This document shows positions 39,167 through 47,894 of a DNA stretch of 64,000 nt, one piece after another. The notes under the pieces were generated by a model. The model saw only the letters and a list, made by a program, of their open reading frames with translations, was not told where the DNA came from and made no database searches. The DNA is from Candidatus Sericytochromatia bacterium (lineage in GTDB: Bacteria > Cyanobacteriota > Sericytochromatia > S15B-MN24 > JAQBPE01), in assembly GCA_040400605.1 (NCBI GenBank), contig JBBAPZ010000001.1:158444-222443 (forward strand), read 5' to 3'. Position numbers and translations under genes: made by a program. The stretch's first letter is position 1. Each line of letters opens with the position of its first letter.

Positions 39167-39631
39167 ATGGAACACGGTGAATCGTGGGTACAATGCGTGG
39201 GACTGATTGTCACGCTGTTGCGGTTGCACGCGCTTGAACACAAGGGGGAGCCACTTTTGCCTCAGCCTTTTCCCAATTCGCCGTTTGATCATTTGGCGCA
39301 GTTTTGGATGCAACGGGCGCGCGAGGTAGGCGTGACAGAGCAGCAAGTGTTACAGCTGTTGGGTTTTAAGGGGGGAGTCGGGCCGCTTGAAACCTTGTTG
39401 TCCGGTCGACCCGCCAGCGAAACCTTGCCTGAAATTGCCCAAGGGATTGTTGAAGGCACCGGAGAGGTAATCAAAGCAACGCGAGGGCAGGTTGAAGCGG
39501 CGTTGCCGGTCGTCATTCCAGAAGAGCATAAAACGATTGTCAAGAAGTTACACATGCTGGATGGTGAGGGATTGAGGCAATTGGATGTCTACCTCAATTT
39601 TTTGATCGCGCAGGGTATGGTGAAGCGCTGA
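39167..39631 (+). CDS. hypothetical protein, possible degenerate Xre-like regulator
   Basis: AREVGVTEQQVLQLL (HTH-like) and a C-terminal LDGEGLRQLDVYLNFL helix pair. 7 bp from the upstream gene. Confidence 0.6.
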   Translation: MEHGESWVQCVGLIVTLLRLHALEHKGEPLLPQPFPNSPFDHLAQFWMQRAREVGVTEQQVLQLLGFKGGVGPLETLLSGRPASETLPEIAQGIVEGTGEVIKATRGQVEAALPVVIPEEHKTIVKKLHMLDGEGLRQLDVYLNFLIAQGMVKR

Positions 39632-39703
39632 CAGTTGTTTGAGCGCAGGGGGAGGTTAAAGGGCATTGACCACTGATAACGTCGCATATCCAACGGGGTT
39701 GCA

Positions 39704-40435
39704 ATGATGATTACGTTCAGGAATGTGAGCAAGCGTTATGGTTCGCACCAGGTGCTTCGCGAGATCAACTGTCAGATTGATGAAGGTCAGAAGGTGGTGT
39801 TGATTGGCCCGAGCGGTTCGGGCAAAAGTACGTTGTTGCGATGTATCAATCAGTTGGAAACCATTTCAAGTGGGCAGATTATCGTTGACGGGTACGATAT
39901 GGGGGATCCCCAAACCCAGATTGGTCGTTTACGTTCCGAGATCGGGATGGTGTTTCAGGGTTTCAATCTCTTTCCGCATAAAACCGTCCTTGACAATGTC
40001 ACGTTGGCACCGATTCAGGTTCGCAAGATGTCGCAGGCCTCAGCCGCGTTAGTGGGAATTGAGTTGTTGGAGCGGGTGGGGCTCGCTCACAAGGCGCACG
40101 TTTACCCGTCGCAGTTGTCGGGCGGTCAGCAGCAGCGTGTGGCGATCGCCCGGGCGCTTGCGATGCGGCCCCGCATCATGTTGTTTGATGAACCGACTTC
40201 GGCACTTGATCCGGAAATGGTTAATGAAGTCTTGCAGGTGATGGCCGAACTGGCTCATACAGGGATGACCATGGTCGTTGTGACCCACGAAATGGGCTTT
40301 GCGAGAAACGTGGCGGATCGATTGTTATTCATGGACGGTGGCACCTTGGTCGAAGACCGTCAGCCGGAGGCATTTTTCAGTGACCCTGAAACGGATCGGG
40401 CGCGGCAGTTTCTGAGCAAGGTCCTGTCACACTGA
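39704..40435 (+). CDS. polar amino acid ABC transporter ATP-binding subunit (GlnQ-like)
   Basis: [49 protein letters not shown]. Confidence 0.95.
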   Translation: MMITFRNVSKRYGSHQVLREINCQIDEGQKVVLIGPSGSGKSTLLRCINQLETISSGQIIVDGYDMGDPQTQIGRLRSEIGMVFQGFNLFPHKTVLDNVTLAPIQVRKMSQASAALVGIELLERVGLAHKAHVYPSQLSGGQQQRVAIARALAMRPRIMLFDEPTSALDPEMVNEVLQVMAELAHTGMTMVVVTHEMGFARNVADRLLFMDGGTLVEDRQPEAFFSDPETDRARQFLSKVLSH

Positions 40436-40454
40436 GGAATCCGGCGGTGCCCCG

Positions 40455-41027
40455 TCAGCACGGTTCATCGCGCAAACCCAGTGCGCCAAACACCTTTGTC
40501 CACCGCACACAACGCTCGGTTTGGCACGTGCTTGGTTTGGTGCATGTACAGGCGTGAATCAAAGGTGCCTCAAGTGCCAGCGCCAGTCTGGCAATGGCTT
40601 GATCACTCGCGCGCCAGAAGGGGCGCTCCAGTGCCTGAAAACCCCACGCGGCCAACAACTGATTGGTGGCGGTAATTCGCGCGACGTGAGCAGGTTGGGT
40701 CAGGTCACGCCGCACAGGTAAACACAAGCCGTACGCACCATGCTCGGCTGCAGCCGTGATCAAAGCCAGCAAAGCGGGCAAAACCAAGGGATCGTCCTGG
40801 GCTGCAATGGTGTGGTGCTGACAACCAAAATGGGCCAGCAGTGCGTCCACGGCCTGTGCCCTTGCCGGATGCCAAGACACCCGAGACGGCACAACAGCCA
40901 ACCACTCCCGTTCAAGCCTGGTGAACCACGTGGCCAAAACACATGCTTCGAGGCTTCCATCCAACCACAGGGCGATCCGCCCACCACCCTCAGGCGCCTT
41001 GGCTGAAGAGGCGTCCATTCGCATCAA
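40455..41027 (-). CDS. QueC-like protein with a degenerate PP-loop
   Basis: IALWLDGSLEA sits where SGGLDS is expected. C-terminal RPF...IARLA..LEAPL...C.C....C....C.RW..VF..LG..D follows the QueC layout. Confidence 0.6.
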   Translation of the reverse strand: MMRMDASSAKAPEGGGRIALWLDGSLEACVLATWFTRLEREWLAVVPSRVSWHPARAQAVDALLAHFGCQHHTIAAQDDPLVLPALLALITAAAEHGAYGLCLPVRRDLTQPAHVARITATNQLLAAWGFQALERPFWRASDQAIARLALALEAPLIHACTCTKPSTCQTERCVRWTKVFGALGLRDEPC

Positions 41028-42337
41028 ACGGCTTGCAACTGGCGCCGCGGACCATCCAACAACCGCTCAAGGATAATGGTCTGGTCTCGCTCAGGTCCCA
41101 CCGCAACCATCGCCAACGGTGCTCCCACCAATGCAGCAAGCCGTTCAAGATACCGTTGGGCTTGGATCGGCAACTCGTCATAGTGACGACAGTGACGGGT
41201 ACTGGCTTGCCAACCGGGTATCTCCTCATAAATGGGCTCTGCTTGCGCAAGCTCAGTCAGTGTCGCTGGAAACTCATCCAGCACCCGCCCATCAATACGG
41301 TAACCGACACAGATGCGCAAGCTTTCAAAACCATCCAGCACATCCAACTTGGTTACAGCGATGCTATCCAAACCGTTCAAACGGGTCGCGAGACGCCCAA
41401 CGACAGCATCAAACCATCCACAGCGCCTCGCGCGCCCGGTGGTGGTGCCAAATTCCTGACCGTTACGCCGTAATTGCTCTCCGGTTTCATCCGACAACTC
41501 CGTCGGAAATGGTCCCGCGCCCACCCGCGTGGTATACGCTTTGACAACACCCAAAACCCGGTCGATCGCATTAGGGCCCACGCCAGCGCCGATACACGCG
41601 CCACCGGCAATGGGGTGCGACGAGGTAACAAAGGGATAACTGCCAAAGTCAATATCAAGCAAAGTGCCTTGAGCGCCCTCGAACAAAATTGGCTCATCAC
41701 GCGTAATAGCACCGTGCAAAAGCGAAACGGTATCCTTGATATAAGGCGTAAGTGCATCGGCATAAGCCATGTATTGGTCATAAACCTGGTTCACATCCAG
41801 CGGCGCACAATCATAAATACGGGTCAGAATCAGGTTTTTTGTTTCCATAATGTCTTCAAGACGCGTTTTAAAGCCCATGGGATCCCGCAAGTCGCCAACG
41901 CGAAGTCCGGAACGATTGGCCTTGTCGGTATAGGTTGGTCCGATGCCACGCCCCGTGGTTCCGAGGGCACTTCCCCCGCGACGTCGCTCTTCAGACTCAT
42001 CAATGATGCGATGATAGGGCATCGTGAGGTGGGCACCAGATGAAAGATGGAGACGGCCAAGGTCAATGCCCTTGTTTTTGAGCATCGTCAATTCGTCCAA
42101 CAATCGTGCAGGATCGATCACCGTTCCCGAACCAATGACGCACGCCACTTCTGGATACAGGATACCTGACGGCACCAGATGCAACTTGTATGTTTCACCA
42201 TCGACAATCACCGTGTGCCCGGCATTGGCCCCGCCTTGATAACGCACGACCCACCGCGCCTGACTTGCCAGCCAATCCGTTATCTTGCCTTTACCTTCAT
42301 CGCCCCACTGGGCCCCGACCACCACCACGTTGGCCAC
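41024..42337 (-). CDS. purA: adenylosuccinate synthetase
   Basis: GAQWGDEGKGK, GGANAGHT, EGAQG, AYTTRVG.GPFPTE, TTTGR.RRCGWFD. GTG 42337 after AGGAG. Confidence 0.97.
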   Translation of the reverse strand: MANVVVVGAQWGDEGKGKITDWLASQARWVVRYQGGANAGHTVIVDGETYKLHLVPSGILYPEVACVIGSGTVIDPARLLDELTMLKNKGIDLGRLHLSSGAHLTMPYHRIIDESEERRRGGSALGTTGRGIGPTYTDKANRSGLRVGDLRDPMGFKTRLEDIMETKNLILTRIYDCAPLDVNQVYDQYMAYADALTPYIKDTVSLLHGAITRDEPILFEGAQGTLLDIDFGSYPFVTSSHPIAGGACIGAGVGPNAIDRVLGVVKAYTTRVGAGPFPTELSDETGEQLRRNGQEFGTTTGRARRCGWFDAVVGRLATRLNGLDSIAVTKLDVLDGFESLRICVGYRIDGRVLDEFPATLTELAQAEPIYEEIPGWQASTRHCRHYDELPIQAQRYLERLAALVGAPLAMVAVGPERDQTIILERLLDGPRRQLQAV

Positions 42338-42534
42338 GATCACACTCCTGTCACTGCTTCATCATTGCTTAAACCCTACAGTATGCCAGAGCCCACACAC
42401 CCTAACAAGGCCAGTTCCTTTGTAGGGCCTGTGTCTGGCCCGCACTACCATGGCATCCACCAGTGTACAGGACCGGTAGGGCCGTAACCCTTCAAACACG
42501 GCTTGCATCGGTGCGGGGGCTGCCAGGGAGCGCA

Positions 42535-44019
42535 ATGATGGATGAACTGTGTGCCTATGTTCGTGCGTTGGATCGTATCATCGCCGACAGCCGCCTCGGT
42601 GACCACCATACGGCAACACGGTTGATGCTGAGCTTGCCAAAGCCTGCCGCGAGCCTTCTGGATGGACAACGCCTGCTGGATCGCAAGCGTAACGAATTAT
42701 TCGAACACTGCCAGCAACTGCGACAACAATGGCTGCACTTGCCTGCAAACGATGCGTCGCGCCTGCTTGAAGCATTCGGCGAACTCGCCCGACACGCGCG
42801 TGCCGATACGATTCGAGCGTGTCGACAAGAAGGGTCAAACATTAATGGCCAAATGATTCAACCCATGATTTTCAAGACCGCCGACTGGATTGACAACACC
42901 CGGGCGATCGCCGCACACGAAGGCCCCTTCGACAGTTTACACTGTCACAATGTTTCAGATGGCAGCACCGCCTGCCTGCACCTCGCCTCGGCTTGGCTAT
43001 ACCTGCGGGCACCGCAACCCTGCATGCTCGGATTTCAAAGAATCCTGGACGACGCCGAACTGGGAACACCCTTGTCTGTGCGCATTCAACCGGATTATAC
43101 GCGGCTCTGTCTTGAAGGCGGTGTGATGCCACTCAGGCTGACTTTGCGCAACCAATCCGAAGACGTCCTGCTCCTTTCCGGACTGGACTGTGCGCCATTG
43201 TCCACCCCGCCGGAGAGTTGGATACGGCACATTCACGGTCAAGTTGTGCATGCTTTGGAACCCCACAACCTCACCATCCAAGTGGACAACGCCTCAGGCA
43301 CTCCGATCATGCTCCATTTGGCCACACTCCGTCCTCGACAGGAACGCAGCTTATTGTTGCAAGTCCGCTTCCACTGCAGTGGCGACCATTGGCGTCAGTT
43401 TGGCATTGAGTACATTCGCCTCAGCCTGACAGACTTTCAGAGCAAAGCATTCATTCAATGGCCGCCTGGCGAATCTTTTTACTGTGCTGGCCTGCGTTTT
43501 CGCCGTGCCCAAGAAAGTGAACCCGCTGCCGCACTTAACGCACCCGCAGTCTACCTGCCGCACGCAAAGGCCGAGGTCACTCGGACACAACGCTTCGCGT
43601 ACCCGTTTTATGTTTTGCGTGGCCCGTTTCCGCTGGAACGTGCACACGCCATCGCAGGACCGTCCAGCGAGTTTTTGTATTATTCTCAATGGCAAAATGC
43701 CTGGATAGCGCGCATCAAGGGGGTCGTGACAATCGTCACGGAGGAACGATGTATGCCATGTCCAAGCATCGATTCTGCCGTTTTTGAGTTTGTCGACGCC
43801 CACCAATTGGCCATACCCGTGCTGATTACCCCGCAGAGCCTTGCCCGCATCAACCAGGAAACATCCTTGGCCCTTCAACCGTCACCGTATGCCTGGGAGC
43901 ACGTACACAGTCTGAGCCGCGCGACCCTCGCAGCCGTGCTCAACTGGGCGATCGCCCAGAATTGCCCCGTGCGTGTCGACAAACCCTCGCTCAACCGCTC
44001 GGCCTTGCTGCTGGGTTAG
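42535..44019 (+). CDS. hypothetical protein (~490 aa)
   Basis: Long ORF filling the gap between purA and the next gene. GGAG RBS before ATG 42535. No family recognised. Confidence 0.7.
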   Translation: MMDELCAYVRALDRIIADSRLGDHHTATRLMLSLPKPAASLLDGQRLLDRKRNELFEHCQQLRQQWLHLPANDASRLLEAFGELARHARADTIRACRQEGSNINGQMIQPMIFKTADWIDNTRAIAAHEGPFDSLHCHNVSDGSTACLHLASAWLYLRAPQPCMLGFQRILDDAELGTPLSVRIQPDYTRLCLEGGVMPLRLTLRNQSEDVLLLSGLDCAPLSTPPESWIRHIHGQVVHALEPHNLTIQVDNASGTPIMLHLATLRPRQERSLLLQVRFHCSGDHWRQFGIEYIRLSLTDFQSKAFIQWPPGESFYCAGLRFRRAQESEPAAALNAPAVYLPHAKAEVTRTQRFAYPFYVLRGPFPLERAHAIAGPSSEFLYYSQWQNAWIARIKGVVTIVTEERCMPCPSIDSAVFEFVDAHQLAIPVLITPQSLARINQETSLALQPSPYAWEHVHSLSRATLAAVLNWAIAQNCPVRVDKPSLNRSALLLG

Positions 44020-44022
44020 CAC

Positions 44023-44406
44023 TCACCACGCCTTCCTGCGCAAACTTTCCTCAAAAAATGCGTGCGCATCAAGCAATCCAGCGTGCTCTGGCACCTCGGG
44101 CAACCCGGGCGAAAGACGCAATGCCACCTGACGTAAAACATAATGTGTCGAATGACGTAAAATCTCGGGTAATTCCGCTTGTTTCAGAAACTGATGCTCC
44201 CGCATCGACAGAATGTGGATATGTTCCATCAAAATGACCAATGCCTCATCAATGCTTGCCTGGGCTTGCTGTAACGCCGACAGACGCTCAGCAGGGTCAG
44301 GTGCCAGCAAAACAAAATAACGCGCCTGGATCACCTCCAGCAGATGAAGTGAATGTCTGTGTCCGGAATGGTCTTCAAGGAGAATGCGCCGCTTCAAACC
44401 AAGCAA
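44023..44406 (-). CDS. hypothetical helical protein
   Basis: Strong GGGAGG RBS before in-frame TTG 44406. Amphipathic helices. Confidence 0.6.
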   Translation of the reverse strand: MLGLKRRILLEDHSGHRHSLHLLEVIQARYFVLLAPDPAERLSALQQAQASIDEALVILMEHIHILSMREHQFLKQAELPEILRHSTHYVLRQVALRLSPGLPEVPEHAGLLDAHAFFEESLRRKAW

Positions 44407-44608
44407 CCATAACCTCCCCTCTTTTCCCACAAGCAAACCGACCCTGATTGGGAAAGAAAAACCACCCCTGACTGTCATACCCGCCAAGCGCCCCTTTTTA
44501 CCCAAAACATGGCGACGGGTATCGCTACGCCAATGCGTTGAACTGTCGCATTCACTGCTCACGCTGTCATCGCGTGCACCAAGGCCAAACGACGCATCGT
44601 CGAACGAT

Positions 44609-46534
44609 TCAAACCAGGGCTTCCAGTTCTTCCCACCGGGCGTAGCGCCCGTCAATACACGCGCGTAGACGTTCGGCCTCTTGCATTAAAGGAGCCACTT
44701 GACTCACCGCATCGACATACAGGCGGGGATCCGCAAGCTGTGATTCAATCGCCTGCAAAGCCGCTTCATCATCCGCCAACAATTGTTCGATGGCTTCCAG
44801 TTCGCGCTTCTCTTTGTAACTCAAGCGGCGTGGCGTGACCTGTACCGGGTCTTTATCCTCACCTTTCCCCACCTGCGCCAGGGGCACTGTCCCCGTATTG
44901 GTGTCACGTTCACGCGACGCCAGGTAGCTGTCATAATTTCCCGGATGCAACACGACTTGTCCGTCACCTTCAAACGCCAGTATCCAGGTCGCCACCCGAT
45001 TTAAAAAATAACGATCATGGCTCACCGCAAACACGCAGCCAGGAAAAGTCAACAAAGCCTCTTCCAAGACGCGCAAGGTTGGCAAGTCCAAGTCGTTGGT
45101 CGGCTCATCCAAGATCAGGACATTCCCACCCCGTGCGAGCAGTTTGGCCAATTGCGCCCGATTCTGTTCCCCACCCGAAAATCGGGACAAGACCTGATTG
45201 GCTTGGTCATCATCAAACAAAAAGCGCTTCAGGTACGTGCGTGCCGTGATAGTTTGGCCATCCACGGTCAAATAGAGGCCATCACCCACCACTTCAGACA
45301 GCAAGGTTTTGGTGCAGTCCAGTTGTTCGCGACCCTGTTCGGCATAGACAAATCGGGTGTTAGCCCCGATGGTCACCTCACCCGCGTCAGGTTGGATCAG
45401 ACCCTGCACGATGCGCATGAGGGTTGTTTTACCCAAACCGTTGGCGCCCACCACCCCGATGCGATCACCCGCGCTCAGACTCAGACTCAGGCCTTTAAAC
45501 AAGGTCCGGCCCGCAATCGCATGCCCGACATTCTTCAATTCAAGAATCTGTTTCCCCAGCCTGAATTCGCCTGTGGGAATCCGCAGTTCCACGTCATCCA
45601 ACACAAGCGGACCCGCCTCGGCAGCCAACGCCTCATACGCCGCTTCGCGCGCCTGACTCTTCGCTTGGCGCGCTTTGGGCTGCTTGCGCACCCACGCAAG
45701 CTCCCGCCTCAGCAAATTTTGCCGCGCCCGCTCGCGGTGCGCATCGGCTGCCTGCCGCGCCATTTTCGCTTCCAGATAGGCGGAGTAATTCCCCGCGTAA
45801 CCAGTCAGGCTGCCCGCCTCCAATTCAATAATCCGATCGGCAATGCGATCCAGGAAATACCGGTCATGCGTGACCAGCAAACAACTACCACCAAACCCGC
45901 GCAAATACGTCTCAAGCCAGGCAATACTCGCCGCATCCAGGTGGTTGGTTGGTTCATCCAGAATCAAACAGTCAGGTTTTGCAACCAAAGCCTGCGCCAG
46001 TGCTACCCGCCGGCGCTCACCGCCTGACAATCCAGCCACCAGGCGCTCGGGCGCAGGCACGCACAAGTGCTGCCGAATCATCTGCGCATCCCGCTCCAGA
46101 TTCCAGGCGCCGTGCAACTCCAGCCATTCCGCAAGGGCGGTGTGCGCTTCGAGCAAAGCGGCATCATCACCGTTTGCCGCGAGGCGATCGCCCAACTCCA
46201 CATACCGTTGCAGGGCCTCGCGCAACGGCGCGGCACCCGATAACACCGCCTCCTCCACCGTGACACCTTCGTCCCAGTTGTGATCCTGACTCAGGTATGC
46301 CAGGCTCGCGCCCCTGCGAACAACCACCTGCCCCACATCGGGGCGCAATTGGCCGGCCAATGCCTTGAGCAGGGTACTTTTTCCCGCGCCGTTCACCCCA
46401 ATCAGGCCCACGCATTCCCCACAGTGCACCGTCAACGACACACCGGCAAGGATTTCCCGCGCCGCGTAGCGATGATGCACGCCTTCGAGCGAGACCACGG
46501 GATCACCCGGCTTGGCCACAACAAACTCTGTCAC
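44609..46534 (-). CDS. ABC-F family ATPase, Uup-like
   Basis: Two ABC domains (GVNGAGKS, GANGLGKT, LDEPTN twice) and a C-terminal LSYKEKREL...RWEELE coiled coil. Confidence 0.93.
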   Translation of the reverse strand: MTEFVVAKPGDPVVSLEGVHHRYAAREILAGVSLTVHCGECVGLIGVNGAGKSTLLKALAGQLRPDVGQVVVRRGASLAYLSQDHNWDEGVTVEEAVLSGAAPLREALQRYVELGDRLAANGDDAALLEAHTALAEWLELHGAWNLERDAQMIRQHLCVPAPERLVAGLSGGERRRVALAQALVAKPDCLILDEPTNHLDAASIAWLETYLRGFGGSCLLVTHDRYFLDRIADRIIELEAGSLTGYAGNYSAYLEAKMARQAADAHRERARQNLLRRELAWVRKQPKARQAKSQAREAAYEALAAEAGPLVLDDVELRIPTGEFRLGKQILELKNVGHAIAGRTLFKGLSLSLSAGDRIGVVGANGLGKTTLMRIVQGLIQPDAGEVTIGANTRFVYAEQGREQLDCTKTLLSEVVGDGLYLTVDGQTITARTYLKRFLFDDDQANQVLSRFSGGEQNRAQLAKLLARGGNVLILDEPTNDLDLPTLRVLEEALLTFPGCVFAVSHDRYFLNRVATWILAFEGDGQVVLHPGNYDSYLASRERDTNTGTVPLAQVGKGEDKDPVQVTPRRLSYKEKRELEAIEQLLADDEAALQAIESQLADPRLYVDAVSQVAPLMQEAERLRACIDGRYARWEELEALV

Positions 46535-46704
46535 CTTGATTACCCCAACGGTCTTCTAACCTTAACCAACCACACCCAAGGCCCAATTCCGGATCGTTCC
46601 GACCACTCAGCCATCCGGTCGCTGCAATGCCAAACGCACGCCTTAAGGGCGAACAGACACGCATTCAAACGGGCAGCCACCCTGCTCAAGCAACCTATCT
46701 CCGC

Positions 46705-46830
46705 CAGTTGGCCATCGCCACTGGGGCCGGGCCCACGCCAGTCCATCAGTTGGCCTTCGCCACTGGGGCCGGGCCCACGCCAGTCCATCAGTTGGCCTTC
46801 GCCACTGGGGCCGGGCCCACGCCAGTCCAT
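46705..46830. repeat. 3 x 42-bp tandem repeat
   Basis: Unit CAGTTGGCCWTCGCCACTGGGGCCGGGCCCACGCCAGTCCAT at 46705, 46747 and 46789. One mismatch, no spacers. Confidence 0.95.
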
Positions 46831-46909
46831 CGAACCTGGAAAAGCATGTTGACGGTTAAAATCAACGGCAAAACAAACATTGCCCCCGAACTTCAGCATC
46901 GACGGCTTC

Positions 46910-47389
46910 CTAGAGTGTGGCACCAGGGCGTTTGAACAGAAAGCAATGGCAAAAGCCTGGGTGATAACTCGTCAAGGTAACTGTTTTGTCAGCGTTTTCG
47001 GTGATGGTGCCACGATCCGGCCAAAACGCGGTCTTTTGCTCCATCTCTGCCATTGAGGCATACTGCTTTGTCCCGGGCACATCAAGCTCGCGCGCAGGCT
47101 CACACGGGCAATTGACCTTCAGGTTTTTTTGCGGTTGCCCCTTGGCATCGCGCAGCAATTCACCTTGCGCGTCCCGTTTGTGGTACGACAGGAAGCTGTA
47201 ACACGGGCACGCCTGGAAGCCATACTCGATGCGATTCTTGGCCAGGCCTTCGCGTACGAGTTCCGTGACTTCCGCTTGCTCGTAAAGTTCCCAGTCAAAC
47301 TTTTGACAAACCGTTTGGACGAACGATTCGATCTTCGAGCGCTCTGCCGCCAATTGGACGGGATCATAAACCTGTGACATGCCGGACAC
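46910..47389 (-). CDS. ferredoxin-thioredoxin reductase catalytic-subunit-like protein with insertions
   Basis: VREGLAKNRIEYG..ACPC, NCPC, FCHCFLF. Confidence 0.8.
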   Translation of the reverse strand: MSGMSQVYDPVQLAAERSKIESFVQTVCQKFDWELYEQAEVTELVREGLAKNRIEYGFQACPCYSFLSYHKRDAQGELLRDAKGQPQKNLKVNCPCEPARELDVPGTKQYASMAEMEQKTAFWPDRGTITENADKTVTLTSYHPGFCHCFLFKRPGATL

Positions 47390-47539
47390 CCCCTTTGCAC
47401 GATACGTTCATGAGATAACACGCCCTTGCGCCGATGAAAAGTCCGTAACGTGGGCCAGCTCCAACCAACCGACGTATTCAAATCAGACTGCCAAATACCC
47501 GTCAGCATCGAGCAAACCGTTCTTGGGGCGGCTTGGGAG

Positions 47540-47797
47540 TTAGCATTCTTTCATCTCCACAGCCCTGGTCCGGATGAATGCCGCAGCGAATTGAAAAATG
47601 AGACCAGAGCACGAATTGGCTGACGGCAGCGCTGGCTGCGGACGTCCCTTCAGTTCGCTCAAGGTCTGTTTGATGGCTTGTGCGTCAGATTGCACCTGGT
47701 CAAGCAGATCACGCAATTCGGCAGTTTGATTGAAAAGCGCCTGAATGGCTTAGCGGACGGATGCTTGATTCGTGAGGTCAGGCAGATTCGTCTTCAT
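47540..47797 (-). pseudogene. possible decayed coiled-coil ORF with an internal stop
   Basis: MKTNLPDLTNQASVR*AIQALFNQTAELRDLLDQVQSDAQAIKQTLSELKG reads through a TAA at 47752-47750. Confidence 0.3.
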
Positions 47798-47894
47798 CAA
47801 TCGAGCCGCCACCGCATCACGCGCTGGTTGAAATCGGCAGGATTAAACTCGCCGGGCTCACCTCACTGATTTGGCAACGATGACACCGTACGCA

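Noticed and set aside
42344..42534. Purine riboswitch upstream of purA
   Set aside because: Only an imperfect hairpin (CCCTA..CAAGG / CCTTTG..TAGGG) is present, and the conserved aptamer core was not found.
46705..46830. CRISPR array interpretation of the 42-bp repeats
   Set aside because: The units are contiguous with no unique spacers, and there are no cas genes in the window.
46540..46935. ORFs with 14-aa repeats (e.g. MDWRGPGPSGEGQL) as RiPP precursor-like peptides
   Set aside because: Several frames on both strands stay open simply because the DNA repeat is 42 bp. There is no convincing RBS or modifying enzyme nearby.
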